Assembly (NCBI GenBank): GCA_964646605.1
Contig: CAZYEX010000108.1
Location: 9,382 to 73,381 of the forward strand
From: an uncultured Phycisphaera sp.
GTDB taxonomy: Bacteria; Planctomycetota; Phycisphaerae; UBA1845
Length of the DNA stretch: 64,000 bases
Direction of reading: 5' to 3'
Part shown: positions 62,007 to 64,000 of the stretch, piece after piece
Layout of the letters: each line of letters starts with the position of its first letter
Position numbering within the stretch: position 1 is the first letter of the stretch
The notes under the pieces: model-generated
Seen by the model: only the letters and a program-made list of their open reading frames with translations
Told to the model about the DNA's origin: nothing
Databases searched by the model: none
Made by a program: the position numbers and the translations under genes

Positions 62007-64000
62007 ATGAGACACACGGTTTGTTCCAACGGGTTGGTCGCGTTCGCCCTTGCGGTAAGCGTGCCGGTCGCCTTCGCCGCCGACATTGGCACGGCATTCA
62101 CGTACCAGGGGCATCTGGAGAGAGGCAGCTCCGCGCTGCAGATCGCCGCTTGCTCGCTGAACGGTTGGGGTTCCAACTCGGATGGGCAGATTAACGTCCC
62201 CTCCGGGCCGTTCACCGCTGTTTCCGCGGGTCTGTTTCATAGCCTGGCGATCCGCGGCGACGGCACCCTAGCCGGCTGGGGGCGCAACGCAGATGGGCAG
62301 ATCAACGTCCCCCTCGGCACGTTCACCGCCGTGGCCGCGGGTCAGTTTCACGGTTTGGGAATCCGCAGCGACGGGACGCTCGCGGGCTGGGGGCGCAATA
62401 CAGATGGCCAGACCAACGTCCCCGCGGGCACCTTCATCGCCATCGCCGCGGGCGGTCACAGTCTGGCGATCCGCAGCGACGGTACGCTGGTCGGTTGGGG
62501 CCGCAACATCGAGGGCCAGACCACCGTCCCCGCGGGGACGTTCATAGCCGTCGCCGCGGGGGGTGCTCACAGCCTGGCGCTCCGCAGCAATGGCACCCTG
62601 GCCGGATGGGGGATGAACAATGAGGGTCAGACCAACGTCCCTGCGGGGACGTTCACTTCCGTTGCCTCGGGCAACCGTTACGGTCTGGCTATCCGAAGCG
62701 ATGGCACGCTGGCCGCCTGGGGTTCCAATCTGGAAGGGCAAACCAACGTCCCCGCCGGGACGTTCACCGCCATCGCCCAAAATGCCGGGCATCACGCCTT
62801 GGCCATTCGCAGCGACGGCACGCTGGCTGGGTGGGGACTCAACAGCAGCGGGCAGACCAATGTCCCCGCCGGAACGTTCGCCGCCGTCGCCGGGGGCCTC
62901 AATCACAGCCTGGCGATACAAGCCTGCGTCCCCCCATGCACACCCCCTCCCTCCGGGATGGTCGGCTGGTGGACGTTGGATGAGACGGCGCCGCCGACGG
63001 CCTTTGATTCGGCGGGTAGTAGCGACGGCACACACATCGGCGGACCGACCCCGTTGATCGGGCAGTATGTGGCCAACTCCCTGAGCTTCAGCGGGAGTAA
63101 CTACGTCAACGTGCCCAGCACCGCGCCGTCGAACTTCGGTGTCGGCGACTTCTCCATCGACGCCTGGGTTCGCCCCACGCAAACACCGGGGGTCACGATC
63201 ATCGTGGACAAGCGCGAGGAGTTGGCCGGCGGGGTAACCGGCTATTCACTTTTTCTTTCCAACGGCGTACTGGGGTTCCAGATCGCGGACGGCGGCGGGA
63301 GCGCTGTTTGTGCTAGTTGTCCGACGGCTGCGTCCTGTACCAACTACACTTCGGGCGTCGCCGTGCCGCTCAATCAGTGGACGCACGTCGCGGTCACGGT
63401 GTCTAGAGCGACGAACGGCGGCACCTTCTACGTCAACGGCGTACCGGCGGGTGCGGTATTCAATCCGGACTGTCACCTGGGCACGGTCAGCAACCCAAAC
63501 CCGTTGCGTATCGGCAGCCGTTCCTCGTCGGTCACCGGCCTGTTCATCGGCGACATCGACGAAGTGGAACTCTTTAACCGTGAACTGGACGCAACGGAGA
63601 TTCTGCGCCTCTATCAGGCGGGCAGCGGCGGCAAGTGCAAGTGCGCGAATCCGGCGCTGGACTTCGTTGACATCGTCTACGACGGCGGTCGCGACGAAGG
63701 CTGCGCCATGACCGCGCCGAACGATCCCGCGAAGCGCAGTAAGTGCCTCAACAAAGCGTATCCGACACCTGGTCTCGGTTGGAGAGACTTCGATGACATG
63801 ACCCCCAATTACTTCTTCGGGCACACGTTCGACAATCTTCCCAAGGGGATTATCGGTGCAACGCTGGAAATCTGCATGAAACCGCACAGCGACATTCCCA
63901 GCAACGACACTATTGGCCTTTGCTTGAACGGATGCAGCCCTCCTGCGTGGGCGTGGAGTTCGTTCATCGCCGACCTTCCAGCAAACGGCGGCACATGGAA
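62007..64000 (+). CDS. secreted RCC1-like 7-repeat propeller plus LamG/concanavalin-like domain protein (3' end beyond the window)
   Basis: AAGGAGA SD. Signal peptide MRHTVCSNGLVAFALAVSVPVAFA. Seven repeats of the form GWG.N..GQ.NVP.G.F.A.A.G..H.LAIRSDGTLAGWG. The LamG-like part reads ...SLSFSGSNYVNVPS...GDFSIDAWVRP...GYSLFLSNGVLGFQI...WTHVAVT...TFYVNGV...IGDIDEVELFNRELDATEI. The frame is open to position 64000 and is absent from the ORF track because it has no stop in the window. Confidence 0.8.
   Translation, partial: MRHTVCSNGLVAFALAVSVPVAFAADIGTAFTYQGHLERGSSALQIAACSLNGWGSNSDGQINVPSGPFTAVSAGLFHSLAIRGDGTLAGWGRNADGQINVPLGTFTAVAAGQFHGLGIRSDGTLAGWGRNTDGQTNVPAGTFIAIAAGGHSLAIRSDGTLVGWGRNIEGQTTVPAGTFIAVAAGGAHSLALRSNGTLAGWGMNNEGQTNVPAGTFTSVASGNRYGLAIRSDGTLAAWGSNLEGQTNVPAGTFTAIAQNAGHHALAIRSDGTLAGWGLNSSGQTNVPAGTFAAVAGGLNHSLAIQACVPPCTPPPSGMVGWWTLDETAPPTAFDSAGSSDGTHIGGPTPLIGQYVANSLSFSGSNYVNVPSTAPSNFGVGDFSIDAWVRPTQTPGVTIIVDKREELAGGVTGYSLFLSNGVLGFQIADGGGSAVCASCPTAASCTNYTSGVAVPLNQWTHVAVTVSRATNGGTFYVNGVPAGAVFNPDCHLGTVSNPNPLRIGSRSSSVTGLFIGDIDEVELFNRELDATEILRLYQAGSGGKCKCANPALDFVDIVYDGGRDEGCAMTAPNDPAKRSKCLNKAYPTPGLGWRDFDDMTPNYFFGHTFDNLPKGIIGATLEICMKPHSDIPSNDTIGLCLNGCSPPAWAWSSFIADLPANGGTW

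Noticed and set aside
1-64000. tRNA, rRNA, tmRNA and RNase P RNA genes as possible island integration targets.
   Set aside because: I searched by eye for T-loop-like GGTTCGAATCC/GTTCGA strings and for the RNase P GAGGAAAGTCC box. I found only matches inside coding regions, without cloverleaf context. A tRNAscan/Infernal run would be the decisive check.

Overview
This is a high-GC bacterial chromosomal window. My hand counts on 60-nt samples give about 62-68% GC in the core genes. The lineage looks Planctomycetota-like, but that is inference only, based on an ECF sigma factor paired with a Ser/Thr-kinase-TPR protein, a Rieske plus cytochrome b/c fusion, many secreted propeller and tail-fibre-like proteins, and GC-rich palindromic intergenic repeats. 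Most of the window is housekeeping: dnaX-ybaB, an ATCase-like gene, Rieske and cyt b/c, DedA, YhhQ, a BatA-like VWA/TPR operon, lepB, prkA-yeaH-spoVR, thiE, mutS, purD, pabB-pabC-NIF3, mtnA, Lrp-EamA, arsM and a DapL-like aminotransferase. I saw no rRNA, tRNA or CRISPR array by eye. Several lower-GC or decayed accessory islets are embedded in this backbone.

- **1-2.4 kb:** a RAYT-like transposase, an SRA-like/Mrr-type restriction gene, a small acidic ORF and a truncated Dcm.
- **5.1-7.4 kb:** a mosaic tail-fibre-like gene followed by an orphan frameshifted C-terminal fragment.
- **11.8-14.1 kb:** a two-gene opposite-strand insert that splits the Rieske and cytochrome b genes.
- **39-41 kb:** a Cys-rich small protein paired with a 467-aa unknown protein.
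- **54.8-57.1 kb (best candidate for an undescribed system):** a translationally coupled three-gene operon (TIGR04255-like / unknown / large PIN-like with a Cys4 cluster). It abuts the 3' remnant of an MmeI-type RM gene and is bracketed by repeat arrays.

Three other observations stand out. dnaX contains an A9 slippery run with stop codons in both alternative frames. The cytochrome b-like domain lacks both heme bH histidines. Three secreted proteins share the same motif just after the signal peptide. All homology statements come from motif recognition by eye or memory, not from searches.
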